64,000 nucleotides of DNA, from assembly GCA_964588985.1 (NCBI GenBank), contig CAZPQW010000002.1, positions 1 through 64,000 of the forward strand, given 5' to 3'. This document shows positions 1 to 8,621 of the stretch, in pieces. Both the position numbers and the translations under genes were made by a program. The notes under the pieces were generated by a model. That model worked only from the letters and a program-made list of their open reading frames with translations, ran no database searches and was not told the DNA's origin. Source of the stretch: an uncultured Solirubrobacteraceae bacterium. Its GTDB lineage: Bacteria; Actinomycetota; Thermoleophilia; Solirubrobacterales; Solirubrobacteraceae. Every line of letters starts with the position of its first letter. Position 1 is the first letter of the stretch.

Positions 1-931
1 CCGCGTTGAAGAAGTTGAAGCCGAGCGCGCGGTCGAGCAGCACGAAGAACTGCGAGGCGGCGATGAACGGCGTCGCGATCACGACCAGCAGCGAGGTCGA
101 GAAGTTCGCCCACACGAGCAGCGGCATGCGGAAGAAGCTCATGCCCGGCGCGCGCATCGTGATGATGGTCACGAGGAAGTTGAGCGCGGTCATGATCGAG
201 GACGCGCCCGCGAACTGCACGCCGATCGAGAAGAACGTCTGGCCGACCGGCGCGGTGTCCGACAGCGGCGCGTACGCGGTCCATCCGTCGGCGAACGCCC
301 CGCCCGGCGCGAAGAAGCTCAGCAGCATCATCGTGCCCGCGAGGGGCAGCAGCCAGAACGACAGCGCGTTCAGGCGCGGGAAGGCCATGTCCGGGGCGCC
401 GATCATCAGCGGGATCACGAAGTTGCCGAAGCCGGCGAACACGGGGACCATGAACAGGAAGATCAGCAGCGTCGCGTGGACGGAGAACAGGCCGTTGAAC
501 GTGTTCGCGTCGACGAAGTGCGAGCCGGGCTGGGCCAGCTGCGCGCGCATCAGCATCGCGATCAGGCCGCCGACGAGCAGGAAGAAGAACGAGTTGACGA
601 GGTACTGCACGCCGATCACCTTGTGGTCGGTGTTGATGCGGAAGTAGTCCTTCCAGCTGGTCGCGCCGTGGCCGGAGTGGTCCTCGGGGCGCGTGGGGCG
701 TCCGGCGGCCCAGTAGAACCAGTAGTCGAAGCCGCCGAGGCCGATCAGGAAGGCGAGCGGAACGGCGATCAGCGACACCGACAGGATCGCTTCGCCGGAG
801 ATGTAGTGGTGGAACGTGGCGTGCCCGGTGGCCATGCGCACGATCCACGTGATCGCCGTCGCGAGCGCGACGCCGCCGAGCATCATCACGCCGGCGCGGT
901 AGAAGCCCGGGGCGCGGAATTTGGCGGTCAT
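1..931 (-). CDS. ctaD: Cytochrome c oxidase subunit I, paralog 2 (runs off the left edge), with an N-terminal hydrophobic extension
   Basis: Not in the ORF track because it has no stop in the window. Manual translation from ATG 931: MTAKFRAPGFYRAG...INTDHKVIGVQY...HATLLIFLFMVP..GFGNFVIPLMIGAPDMAFPRLNALSFWL...GWTAYAPLS, which are classic COX1 motifs. Confidence 0.95.
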   Translation of the reverse strand, partial: MTAKFRAPGFYRAGVMMLGGVALATAITWIVRMATGHATFHHYISGEAILSVSLIAVPLAFLIGLGGFDYWFYWAAGRPTRPEDHSGHGATSWKDYFRINTDHKVIGVQYLVNSFFFLLVGGLIAMLMRAQLAQPGSHFVDANTFNGLFSVHATLLIFLFMVPVFAGFGNFVIPLMIGAPDMAFPRLNALSFWLLPLAGTMMLLSFFAPGGAFADGWTAYAPLSDTAPVGQTFFSIGVQFAGASSIMTALNFLVTIITMRAPGMSFFRMPLLVWANFSTSLLVVIATPFIAASQFFVLLDRALGFNFFNA

Positions 932-970
932 CGGCGTGTCACCTGCGAGTCGGTCATCGGTCGCTCCACA

Positions 971-1741
971 TTATCCCGTAGGCCCGCCGGCCGTTGAGCC
1001 GGTGCTGCTGGTCGTCGCGCTCAGCTGGCTTTCGATCCACGCGTGGAACTTCGCGGGTGTGACCACGTGCACGGTGGAGCGCATCAGCGAGTGCCCGAGG
1101 CCGCACAGCAGGTTGCACACGACCGGGTAATCACCCAGCCGGTCCGGTGTCGCGCGCCAGTGCGTGGTGATCCCGGGCACGACGTCCTCCTGGATGCGGA
1201 AGGCCGGGATCCAGAACGCGTGGATCACGTCCTTGCTGCGCATGTTGAAGTACACCGATTCGCCCTCAGGCACGTACAGCTCGTCGCTGTTCAGCGGCTT
1301 GCCGCCGGTGACCGACGGTGGGTACTGGTAGGACCACGCGAACTGTTCGCCGGTCACGCCGATCTGGATCTCGCGCGCGGGTTTCTTCTCGTTGTCTTTC
1401 AAGATCACGAACGAGTATCCGACCAGCCCGATGATCAGGATCGTCGGCAGCGCCGTCCAGAAGACCTCCAGGCGCGTGTTTCCGTGTATCGGGGGACCGT
1501 CCTTGAGCTCCTCGCCCGGCTTCATGTGGAACTGCCACACCGAGTACAGGACGACGGTCACGACCATCACGAAGATCGGGACCGACGCGATCACGAGCAC
1601 GTGGTAGAGCGTGTCGGTGTTGCGCGCCTGCGTGGATGCCTGCGCGGGGAACCAGTGGATCGCGTAGCTGATGGCGATGCCGATCGCCGTGGCGAGCAGC
1701 GCCGCCAGGCCGGCGACGACGAGCGAGCGCTGTTTGCTCAC
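971..1741 (-). CDS. ctaC: Cytochrome c oxidase subunit II, paralog 2
   Basis: Two TM helices, HGNTRLEVFWT, QFAWSYQY, DVIHAFWIP, CuA motif CNLLCGLGHSLM; directly upstream of COX1. Confidence 0.95.
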   Translation of the reverse strand: MSKQRSLVVAGLAALLATAIGIAISYAIHWFPAQASTQARNTDTLYHVLVIASVPIFVMVVTVVLYSVWQFHMKPGEELKDGPPIHGNTRLEVFWTALPTILIIGLVGYSFVILKDNEKKPAREIQIGVTGEQFAWSYQYPPSVTGGKPLNSDELYVPEGESVYFNMRSKDVIHAFWIPAFRIQEDVVPGITTHWRATPDRLGDYPVVCNLLCGLGHSLMRSTVHVVTPAKFHAWIESQLSATTSSTGSTAGGPTG

Positions 1742-1967
1742 GAGCGTGCGCTCCGGGCGGCCGGGTTGAAGTTCTGTGCTGCGAGCCTCTCCATCGGGGC
1801 GTGATCCTAATGCCTTCGCCCACGGACCGCTCGGACCTTGACGTCCGGGCCCTCAGCGACTACATTGAGGCAATAGTTGCAAATACCCGTGGGGCCGCTT
1901 GCGAAGGCGGCGGAGCGGGTATCCGATGAAGGCGATGCAGCGTCCGGAAGGCGTGTGAGCTAAGGCG

Positions 1968-2381
1968 ATGCAAGTCCACGAAGGCATGAGTCGGATGGTC
2001 CTCACGGTGGGACCTGGGCACACCCTGAGGGCGGTTGCGCGGCTGATGTCGGAGCGGGCGGTGGGCGCGGCGGTGGTCATGGACCCCGACGGAAACGGCC
2101 CGGGGATCATCACCGAGCGCGACATCCTCATCTCCGTCGGGGACGGACAGGACCCCGACCGCGAGTACGTCGCCGAGCACCTCACACGCGATGTGGTCTA
2201 CGCGGCGCCGGACTGGTCGCTGGAGGAGGCCGCGGCGGCGATGGTGCGTGGAGGTTTTAGGCATCTGATTGTCCTCGAGCAGGCTGAGACGGTCGGCATT
2301 CTCTCTGTGCGCGACGTGGTGCGCTGCTGGACGGAGGATGGAGCGATCTGCCCAGTGCCTGCCAGGGTGGCCGTGGGGTAA
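1968..2381 (+). CDS. CBS-domain pair protein
   Basis: VGAAVVMD..GIITERDI and FRHLIVLE..VGILSVRDV tandem CBS motifs. Confidence 0.9.
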   Translation: MQVHEGMSRMVLTVGPGHTLRAVARLMSERAVGAAVVMDPDGNGPGIITERDILISVGDGQDPDREYVAEHLTRDVVYAAPDWSLEEAAAAMVRGGFRHLIVLEQAETVGILSVRDVVRCWTEDGAICPVPARVAVG

Positions 2382-2485
2382 GGGGTGGCACGACCGCTTG
2401 GGGAGCGGGCGTGCCAACGGCCACTGCGAACGGGCGCGATTGAGGGGTCGCGCCCCACGCACCGCAGCGACGTCGGTCGCCGCCG

Positions 2486-3412
2486 TCAGGCCATTGCGGC
2501 GGCGGCCCGACGCGCGCGGAGCGCGCCCAGGGCTCCGAGAGCTGCCACGGGCGCCGCGAGCAGCGCCTGAGCGCACAACATCGCTCCGGTGCGCTCTCCC
2601 ACGGGCCCGCTGCTGAGCATCGCGGCCTGATGCGCCTGCACGAGCAGATCGAGCGCATACGCGACCAGTCCCACGGTGACGAGCGACATCGCGAGAGCCA
2701 GCGGAAGACTGGCGGCGGAGGCCCGCCGCAGCGCGCCGCTCGAGACCTCCACGCGCGCCAGCACCAGTCTGGGGGCGACGGCGCACACGATCGCGCACAC
2801 AATGCCGCCGAGAAGCCACGGCACGCTCGCGGCGAGGACGAAGTCCAGGGGAAAGCGACCATCCCTCGACGGCGCAGCGGAAATCAGCAGGCCCATAAGG
2901 CCGCGGAACAAGACGACCGCCACCGCGGGAAGCGCGAGCAGCGCCGCGAGCCTGAGGTCGCGTCCGATATACGCGCCGCGGAGCGCCTGCCAAACCAGCG
3001 GCAGTCCGCCGATCGCGATCGACAGCGCGCCGAGGATCGCTCCCGCGAGGATGGCAACCCTCGCGATCGCGAGCAGCGGGTGGTGGGAGGCCGCGAGCGA
3101 GAACGGCCCGTCCTCGGTCTCCTGCTGGAATCCCGCGCCCAGCAGCGACAGTGCGATCCAGCAGCAGAACACGCCGCACACCGACAGGCGCGCCCGCACG
3201 GCCGGGGCGATGCTCGTCCGCCATCTCGCCTGGGGCCGCAGGTGGGCGTCGGCGGCCCCCGCCAGCAGCGAGACCAGGCTGCGCGCTCCGGGCGGGTCGT
3301 CTTCGATCAGGGCAGTGATCTCGACGCCGTAGCGTGCGCGCCACTCGGCTGGATAGAGACTCACGAGCAGCGCGCCAACCCGTCCCCGGACGTGCGATGG
3401 ACGCGCGCTCAC
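2486..3412 (-). CDS. Multi-TM membrane protein (PadR-associated)
   Basis: N-terminal LYPAEWRARYGVE motif typical of PadR-linked membrane proteins; several hydrophobic helices; GTGA overlap with padR. Confidence 0.75.
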   Translation of the reverse strand: MSARPSHVRGRVGALLVSLYPAEWRARYGVEITALIEDDPPGARSLVSLLAGAADAHLRPQARWRTSIAPAVRARLSVCGVFCCWIALSLLGAGFQQETEDGPFSLAASHHPLLAIARVAILAGAILGALSIAIGGLPLVWQALRGAYIGRDLRLAALLALPAVAVVLFRGLMGLLISAAPSRDGRFPLDFVLAASVPWLLGGIVCAIVCAVAPRLVLARVEVSSGALRRASAASLPLALAMSLVTVGLVAYALDLLVQAHQAAMLSSGPVGERTGAMLCAQALLAAPVAALGALGALRARRAAAAMA

Positions 3413-3738
3413 GCGTGAGACCCCGCTGCCCGCAGGCGCGTGAGGCCCGTCTGCGCCACGGCGGAGATCGTCGTCAGCTGCGCCTCGAGCGCGCGCGCGC
3501 CGCCGGCAGTGATGCGGTAGGGACGCCGGCGTCCCTCGGCCGGAAGGGCCTCGATCATGCCCAGCTCCTCCAGGCGCGAGAGGACGCCGTAGAGGGTGCC
3601 CGGCCCGAGATGCACACCCGCCATCTCGTCGATGTCGCTCACCATCGCGTAGCCGTGCTTCTCACCCCCGGCGAGGCTCGAGAGAACCAGGACCGAGGGG
3701 TCGGACCAGCGTCCGAGATCGTCCAGCTTCGATGCCAT
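3409..3738 (-). CDS. PadR-family transcriptional regulator
   Basis: LSSLAGGEKHGYAM...GPGTLYGVLSRLEELGMIE...RRRPYRITAGG. Confidence 0.92.
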   Translation of the reverse strand: MASKLDDLGRWSDPSVLVLSSLAGGEKHGYAMVSDIDEMAGVHLGPGTLYGVLSRLEELGMIEALPAEGRRRPYRITAGGARALEAQLTTISAVAQTGLTRLRAAGSHA

Positions 3739-3775
3739 CGCGCCTCCGATGCTCGCCTGTTAGTACGTCAGGCGA

Positions 3776-3794
3776 TGTATCGTATCACGATGTA
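3776..3794. promoter_or_regulatory. Possible PadR autoregulatory operator (imperfect inverted repeat)
   Basis: TGTATCG-tatca-CGATGTA in an AT-richer stretch just upstream of the padR start. Confidence 0.45.
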
Positions 3795-3800
3795 GTTGGC

Positions 3801-4037
3801 TCAGTGGTCGGTGGGCGCGTCGAGCGGGAGCTCATCGACTTCCCGGCGCGTATCTTTGATCCAGCGCACGAGGCAGCCGATCGTCAGCAAACCGCCCGCG
3901 ATCGTGACCTCGATGAAGGTCGTCACGCCCACGAGCAGCAGCGTGATTCCGAGCGCGGTCAGCAGCGGGAGGATCGTGGGGCCCGGGAGGTGGATCTCCT
4001 CGCCGACGGGCGGTACCTGCGGGTCGAGCGAGCTCAT
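3801..4037 (-). CDS. Small membrane protein, cytochrome c oxidase subunit IV-like
   Basis: 78 aa, EEIHLPGPTILPLLTALG plus two TM segments; last gene of the cox operon. Confidence 0.7.
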   Translation of the reverse strand: MSSLDPQVPPVGEEIHLPGPTILPLLTALGITLLLVGVTTFIEVTIAGGLLTIGCLVRWIKDTRREVDELPLDAPTDH

Positions 4038-4147
4038 GACACGTACACCGCGGCCACCACGAACGTGATGCCGAACATGAACATGCAGATCGCGGTCACG
4101 ATCAGGCCGGTACGGATGTTCTTGCGTGCGAGGCGTCTTGTCATCAT
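4034..4147 (-). CDS. 37-aa single-TM protein in the cox operon
   Basis: Manual translation MMTRRLARKNIRTGLIVTAICMFMFGITFVVAAVYVS*. Its stop overlaps the next ATG (ATGA); below the ORF-track length cutoff. Confidence 0.7.
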   Translation of the reverse strand: MMTRRLARKNIRTGLIVTAICMFMFGITFVVAAVYVS

Positions 4148-4162
4148 CGGCGGGGTCGCATT

Positions 4163-5086
4163 CTATACGTGGGCGTCCAGCACCATCGAGCAGAACAGCA
4201 GCGCGAGGTACGCCAGGGAGAACAGGTAGAGCTGCAGGGCCGAGCGGCGGTCGGCGCGGCGGTAGAGCCGGATCGCGCCGCCGATGAAGCCGAAGCCGAG
4301 CAGGATCGAGGAGACGGCGTAGGTCACGCCGAAGCCGCCTGCGCAGAACGGCAGCTGGGTGACCGCGTAGAGCAGCACCGAGTAGAGCAGGATCTGCTTG
4401 CGCGTCTCGTCCTCACCCCTGACGACGGGAAGCATCGGCACGCCGACCTTGCGGTACTCCTCCTTCATCAGCAGCGACAGCGCCCAGAAGTGCGGCGGGG
4501 TCCAGAAGAACACGATGAAGAACAGGAACACCGCGGCGCCGCTCACCGAGCCCGTGACGGCCGCCCAGCCCACCAGTGGGGGCACGGCGCCCGCTGCGCC
4601 GCCGATCACGATGTTCTGCGGCGTGCGGCGCTTCAGCCACACCGTGTACACGAACACGTAGCCGAGGAAGCCGGAGAACGACAGCGCCGCCGCGAGCGGG
4701 TTGACCGTCAGCGACAGCTCCAGCAGCGACAGCGCCGCGAGCGTGCAGCCGAACGTCAGAGCCGCCCGCGGGGAGATGCGGCCGGCGGGAACAGGTCTGT
4801 TGGCGGTGCGCGCCATCTGCAGGTCGATGTCGCGGTCGAACCAGTGGTTCACTGCGCCCGCTCCGCCGGCGGACAGGTAGCCGCCTAGGCACGTCAGCGC
4901 GACCAGCAGGGGAGAGGGGTCGCCGGCGACGTACATCGTCGCGATCGTCGTCAGCAGCAGCAGCGACTGGACCTTCGGCTTGGTCAGCTCGACGTAGTCG
5001 CTCAGCAGTTGGCGGGTCCGTGGGGCGAGCCCGAGCGTGGGCGTGTCGAGCGCTGGTACGGCGCCAGTGGGCGGCGCGCTGCTCAC
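4163..5086 (-). CDS. ctaB: Heme o synthase (protoheme IX farnesyltransferase)
   Basis: LTKPKV, NHWFDRDIDLQMARTANRP, YTVWLKRRTPQNIVIGG, FWTPPHFWAL. Confidence 0.96.
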   Translation of the reverse strand: MSSAPPTGAVPALDTPTLGLAPRTRQLLSDYVELTKPKVQSLLLLTTIATMYVAGDPSPLLVALTCLGGYLSAGGAGAVNHWFDRDIDLQMARTANRPVPAGRISPRAALTFGCTLAALSLLELSLTVNPLAAALSFSGFLGYVFVYTVWLKRRTPQNIVIGGAAGAVPPLVGWAAVTGSVSGAAVFLFFIVFFWTPPHFWALSLLMKEEYRKVGVPMLPVVRGEDETRKQILLYSVLLYAVTQLPFCAGGFGVTYAVSSILLGFGFIGGAIRLYRRADRRSALQLYLFSLAYLALLFCSMVLDAHV

Positions 5087-5089
5087 GAC

Positions 5090-6793
5090 CTACACACCGA
5101 CCTGCGTCGCCCCGGTCGGGACCGTCGCCGCGCCTGACGCGCGCGCGCCGCTGCCGCGTCGCTCGATCTCTCGACGGATGTCCTTCATCGGCTCAGCCGA
5201 GCGTACCAGCGGGGTCACATCGAAGTTGTTCTCCGGCGGAGGGGAGGAGGTGAACCACTCGAGCGTGTTCGCCTTCCAGGGGTCCGGTCCCGCGATCGTG
5301 CCCACCTTGAGACTGCGCGCGACGTTGACGATCGTCACGAGGATTCCGGCGGCGAGGATGAACGAGCCGCCGGTGGAGATCGCGTTGTAGAGCCCGAGGT
5401 GGCCGACGTTGTCGTACTCGTATACGCGACGCGGCATGCCGTCGAGGCCGATCACGTGCTGGATCAAGAACGTCACCAGGAAGCCGACGAACATCAGGTA
5501 GAAGCTGAGCTTGCCGAGGCTCTCGCTGAGCATGCGGCCGGTGATCTTCGGGAACCAGTAGTAGATCGCCGCGAAGATCGTGAACACCGCGCCGCCCATC
5601 AGCACGAAGTGGATGTGCGCGACCACGAAGTAGGTTTCGTTCAGCTGCCAGTCGACCGGGAAGATCGCGAGGAACACGCCCGAGATCCCGCCGATCAGGA
5701 ACAGCGCGATGAAGCCCACGCAGAACAGCAGCGGCGTCTTGAATTCGATCGTGCCGCGCCACAGAGTCGCGATCCAGTTGAGCATCTTCACGCCCGTGGG
5801 CACCGCGATCAGGAACGAGCTGAGCATCACGAGCACGAGGATCGCCTCGGGGATTGGCGCGGTGAACATGTGGTGCGCCCACGTGAGGAAGCCGAGGAAC
5901 GCGATCGCCACGGTCGAGGCCGCGATCGCCTTGTAGCCGAAGATCGGCTTGCGCGCGAACACCGGCAGGATCTCCGAGACGATGCCGAAGCCGGGGAGGA
6001 CCATGATGTAGACCTCGGGGTGGCCGAAGAACCAGAACAGGTTCTGCCACAGAAGCGGCGAGCCGCCCTCGGTGGGGTCGAAGAAGTGCGTGCCGAAGTG
6101 CCGGTCGGTGAGCAGCATCGTGACCGCGGCGGCGATCACCGGCAGCGCGAAGATCAGCAGCACCGAGTAGGTGAGCATCGCCCACACGAACAGCGGCAGG
6201 CGTCCCCAGCTCATCCCACGCGCGCGCATGTTCGCGACCGTCGCGTAGAAGTTGATCGCGCCGAGGATCGAGGACAGGCCCGTGAGGTGGATCAGGTAGA
6301 TCCACGCGTCCTGGCCGCCGGCCGGTGAGTACAGGGCGTTGGACAGCGGCGGGTAGCTCGTCCAGCCCGCTTCCGGCGGGTTCCAGAAGATCGACGCGTA
6401 GAACACGATCCCGCCCGCGAGCAGCAGCCAGAAGGAGAGCGCGTTCAGGCGCGGGAATGCCATGTCGCGCGCGCCGATCATCAGCGGCAGGAAGTAGTTC
6501 GCGAGCCCCGCCATCATCGGCACCACGAACAGGAAGATCATCGTGGTGCCGTGCATCGTGAACAGCTGGTTGTAGACGACGGGTGTCACCAGCGTGTTGT
6601 TCGGCGCGCCGAGCTGCAGGCGGATCATCAGCGCCTCGACGCCGCCCAGCAGGAAGAACACGAACGTCGTGACCATGTACATGATCCCGATGCGCTTGTG
6701 GTCGGTTGTGGTGATCCAGCTCGTCCAGCCGCTCGCCTCGCGCTCGGCGCGGTGGGCGCTCACCTGGGGGATGGGGGCTACGTAGGTGGCCAT
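5090..6793 (-). CDS. ctaD: Cytochrome c oxidase subunit I (A1-type)
   Basis: TDHKRIG, MHGTTM, DMAFPRLN, WFFGHPEVY, WAHHMF, VPTGVK, VAHIHFV, GMPRR. Start reassigned to MATYVAP at 6793. Confidence 0.97.
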   Translation of the reverse strand: MATYVAPIPQVSAHRAEREASGWTSWITTTDHKRIGIMYMVTTFVFFLLGGVEALMIRLQLGAPNNTLVTPVVYNQLFTMHGTTMIFLFVVPMMAGLANYFLPLMIGARDMAFPRLNALSFWLLLAGGIVFYASIFWNPPEAGWTSYPPLSNALYSPAGGQDAWIYLIHLTGLSSILGAINFYATVANMRARGMSWGRLPLFVWAMLTYSVLLIFALPVIAAAVTMLLTDRHFGTHFFDPTEGGSPLLWQNLFWFFGHPEVYIMVLPGFGIVSEILPVFARKPIFGYKAIAASTVAIAFLGFLTWAHHMFTAPIPEAILVLVMLSSFLIAVPTGVKMLNWIATLWRGTIEFKTPLLFCVGFIALFLIGGISGVFLAIFPVDWQLNETYFVVAHIHFVLMGGAVFTIFAAIYYWFPKITGRMLSESLGKLSFYLMFVGFLVTFLIQHVIGLDGMPRRVYEYDNVGHLGLYNAISTGGSFILAAGILVTIVNVARSLKVGTIAGPDPWKANTLEWFTSSPPPENNFDVTPLVRSAEPMKDIRREIERRGSGARASGAATVPTGATQVGV

Positions 6794-6818
6794 GTCGTGC
6801 GCTGGTCTCCTGATCTTC

Positions 6819-7658
6819 CTATGGGTTTTCGACCTGGCCGGCGCCCGTCTGCGCGTCCAGTTTCGAGCGCGCTTCCTTCGCGGCGGCATTCGCTTCGGCG
6901 ATCTGCTGCTTCTGGCGCGACAGCCACGCGTCGAATTCGGCGGGCGGAACGGCGTGGACGGTGGCGATCATTCGTGCGTGGCCACGGCCGCACAGCACGG
7001 CGCACTGGCCGTGGTAGTAGCCGGGCTTGGAGATCTTGAACCACGTGTAGCTGTGGTAGCCGGGCACCGCCTGGAACTTGCCGCCGAGTTCGGGGATCCA
7101 CCAGGAGTGGACCACGTCGGCGGAGACGATGTCGAGGCTCACGGTCGTGTTCGTGGGGACGACCATTTCTTCGTAGGAGTAGGGCGCGCCCAGGCCGTCC
7201 GGTTCGGTGGCGCCGGGGTAGATGTACTGCCACAGGTACTGGCGGCCGATCACGGTGATTTTCAGCGCTTTGCCGTTCGGGGGCAGCTTCTGGTCGGCGC
7301 TCGCGTACAGCAGGCCGTTCTGCTCGGCGAGCTGGTCGCCCGTGGCGCCCGAGTTGGGCGGGTTCTGGATCGAGGAGAGCTTCGCGAACGTCAGCACCGC
7401 GAGCGCGATCAGGATCAGGGCGGCGGCGCTCGTCCAGCCGATCTCCAGCCGTGTGTTACCGCGGATCTGCGCGGCCACCGCGCCCTTGCGCGCACGGAAC
7501 TTGATCAGCGCGTAGATCAGGCCACCCTCGACCGCGAAGAAGATCACGAGCGCGATCACGAGCGTGATCTTGTAGAGGTTGTCGATCTGGTTCGCGTTCG
7601 GCGAGCCGCCCGACAGCGGGGTGAAGAACGCGAGCGTTGTGGAGACGAGATGGCCCAA
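6819..7658 (-). CDS. ctaC: Cytochrome c oxidase subunit II
   Basis: GNTRLEIGWT, QYLWQYIY, DVVHSWWIP, CuA motif CAVLCGRGHARM. Confidence 0.95.
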   Translation of the reverse strand: MGHLVSTTLAFFTPLSGGSPNANQIDNLYKITLVIALVIFFAVEGGLIYALIKFRARKGAVAAQIRGNTRLEIGWTSAAALILIALAVLTFAKLSSIQNPPNSGATGDQLAEQNGLLYASADQKLPPNGKALKITVIGRQYLWQYIYPGATEPDGLGAPYSYEEMVVPTNTTVSLDIVSADVVHSWWIPELGGKFQAVPGYHSYTWFKISKPGYYHGQCAVLCGRGHARMIATVHAVPPAEFDAWLSRQKQQIAEANAAAKEARSKLDAQTGAGQVENP

Positions 7659-7720
7659 GGCGGCGGGGATTCTATTCAGCAGCGGACGGGATGCGCTTAA
7701 TGACCTTTGTCACGAGGTTT

Positions 7721-8533
7721 TCAGCGCCCTGAGAATCGGGTCTGACGCTTTTCCACGAACGCCATCGCGCCCTCCAGGAAATCGTCGCTGCCAGCCATCT
7801 CCTGCTGGATCTGCGCCTCCAGCTCGAGCTGCTCGTCCATGCGGGTATACAGCCAGTTGTTGAGCTGGCGCTTGGTCCCCGCGTAGGAGCGCGTGGGTCC
7901 TCCGGCGAGCCGCGCGGCCAGCGCGGCGGTCTCGGACGCGAGCTCCTCGTCGGCGACCACGCGGTTGATCAGCCCCCACTCGAGCGCCTGTCTCGCGGGC
8001 AGCTTCTCGCCGAGCATCGAGAGCTCGGTCGCTCGCGCCATGCCCACGCGGGTCGGCAGGAACAGCGACGAGCCGCCGTCGGGAACGAGTCCGATGTTGA
8101 CGAACGCGAGCAGGAAGTACGCGCTCTCGCTCGCGACGATCAGGTCGCAGCAGAGCGCGAGCGAGCAGCCGATGCCGACGGCGGGCCCGTTGACCGACGC
8201 GAGCACCGGCTTGGGAACGTCGCGGATCGCGCGCATGATCGGGTGATATCGCTCGGTGAGCGCCTTGTACACGTTCGGGCGGCCGTCCGGGGTTACCTCT
8301 CCGCCGCTCACGTCCTTCAGGTCCGCGCCCGAGGAGAACGCGCGCCCGGCGCCCGTGATCACGATCGCGCGCACGCTCTCGTCGGAGGCCGCGCCGTGCA
8401 GCGCGGAGAGCAGGTCCGCGCCGAACTGCGCGTTCCACGCGTTCAGCGCTGACGGCCTGTTCAGCTCGATGCTCGCCACGCCCGCGTCCACACCCATGTT
8501 GACCGTCTCAAGCTCGATGTTCGACTCGCTCAT
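7721..8533 (-). CDS. Enoyl-CoA hydratase/isomerase (PaaG-like crotonase)
   Basis: LNRPSALNA, AFSSGADL, VNGPAVGIG, FVNIGLVPDGG; start MSESNIE with GAGAGGAG RBS. Confidence 0.92.
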   Translation of the reverse strand: MSESNIELETVNMGVDAGVASIELNRPSALNAWNAQFGADLLSALHGAASDESVRAIVITGAGRAFSSGADLKDVSGGEVTPDGRPNVYKALTERYHPIMRAIRDVPKPVLASVNGPAVGIGCSLALCCDLIVASESAYFLLAFVNIGLVPDGGSSLFLPTRVGMARATELSMLGEKLPARQALEWGLINRVVADEELASETAALAARLAGGPTRSYAGTKRQLNNWLYTRMDEQLELEAQIQQEMAGSDDFLEGAMAFVEKRQTRFSGR

Positions 8534-8621
8534 GCTCTCCTCTCCCGGTGAGAGATCGTGATCGGACGTGCCCGGCGCGGGAGAACCCGACGCTTGACGC
8601 GTTGATCCTATGGTGTACGAG

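Noticed and set aside
6-997. Plus-strand ORFs 6..647 and 476..997, and the many other long antisense or alternative-frame ORFs in the track (e.g. 42139..44571, 51552..54083, 14823..16490)
   Set aside because: They shadow real genes; their Arg/Ala/Gly/Pro-rich translations without motifs are expected in high-GC DNA.
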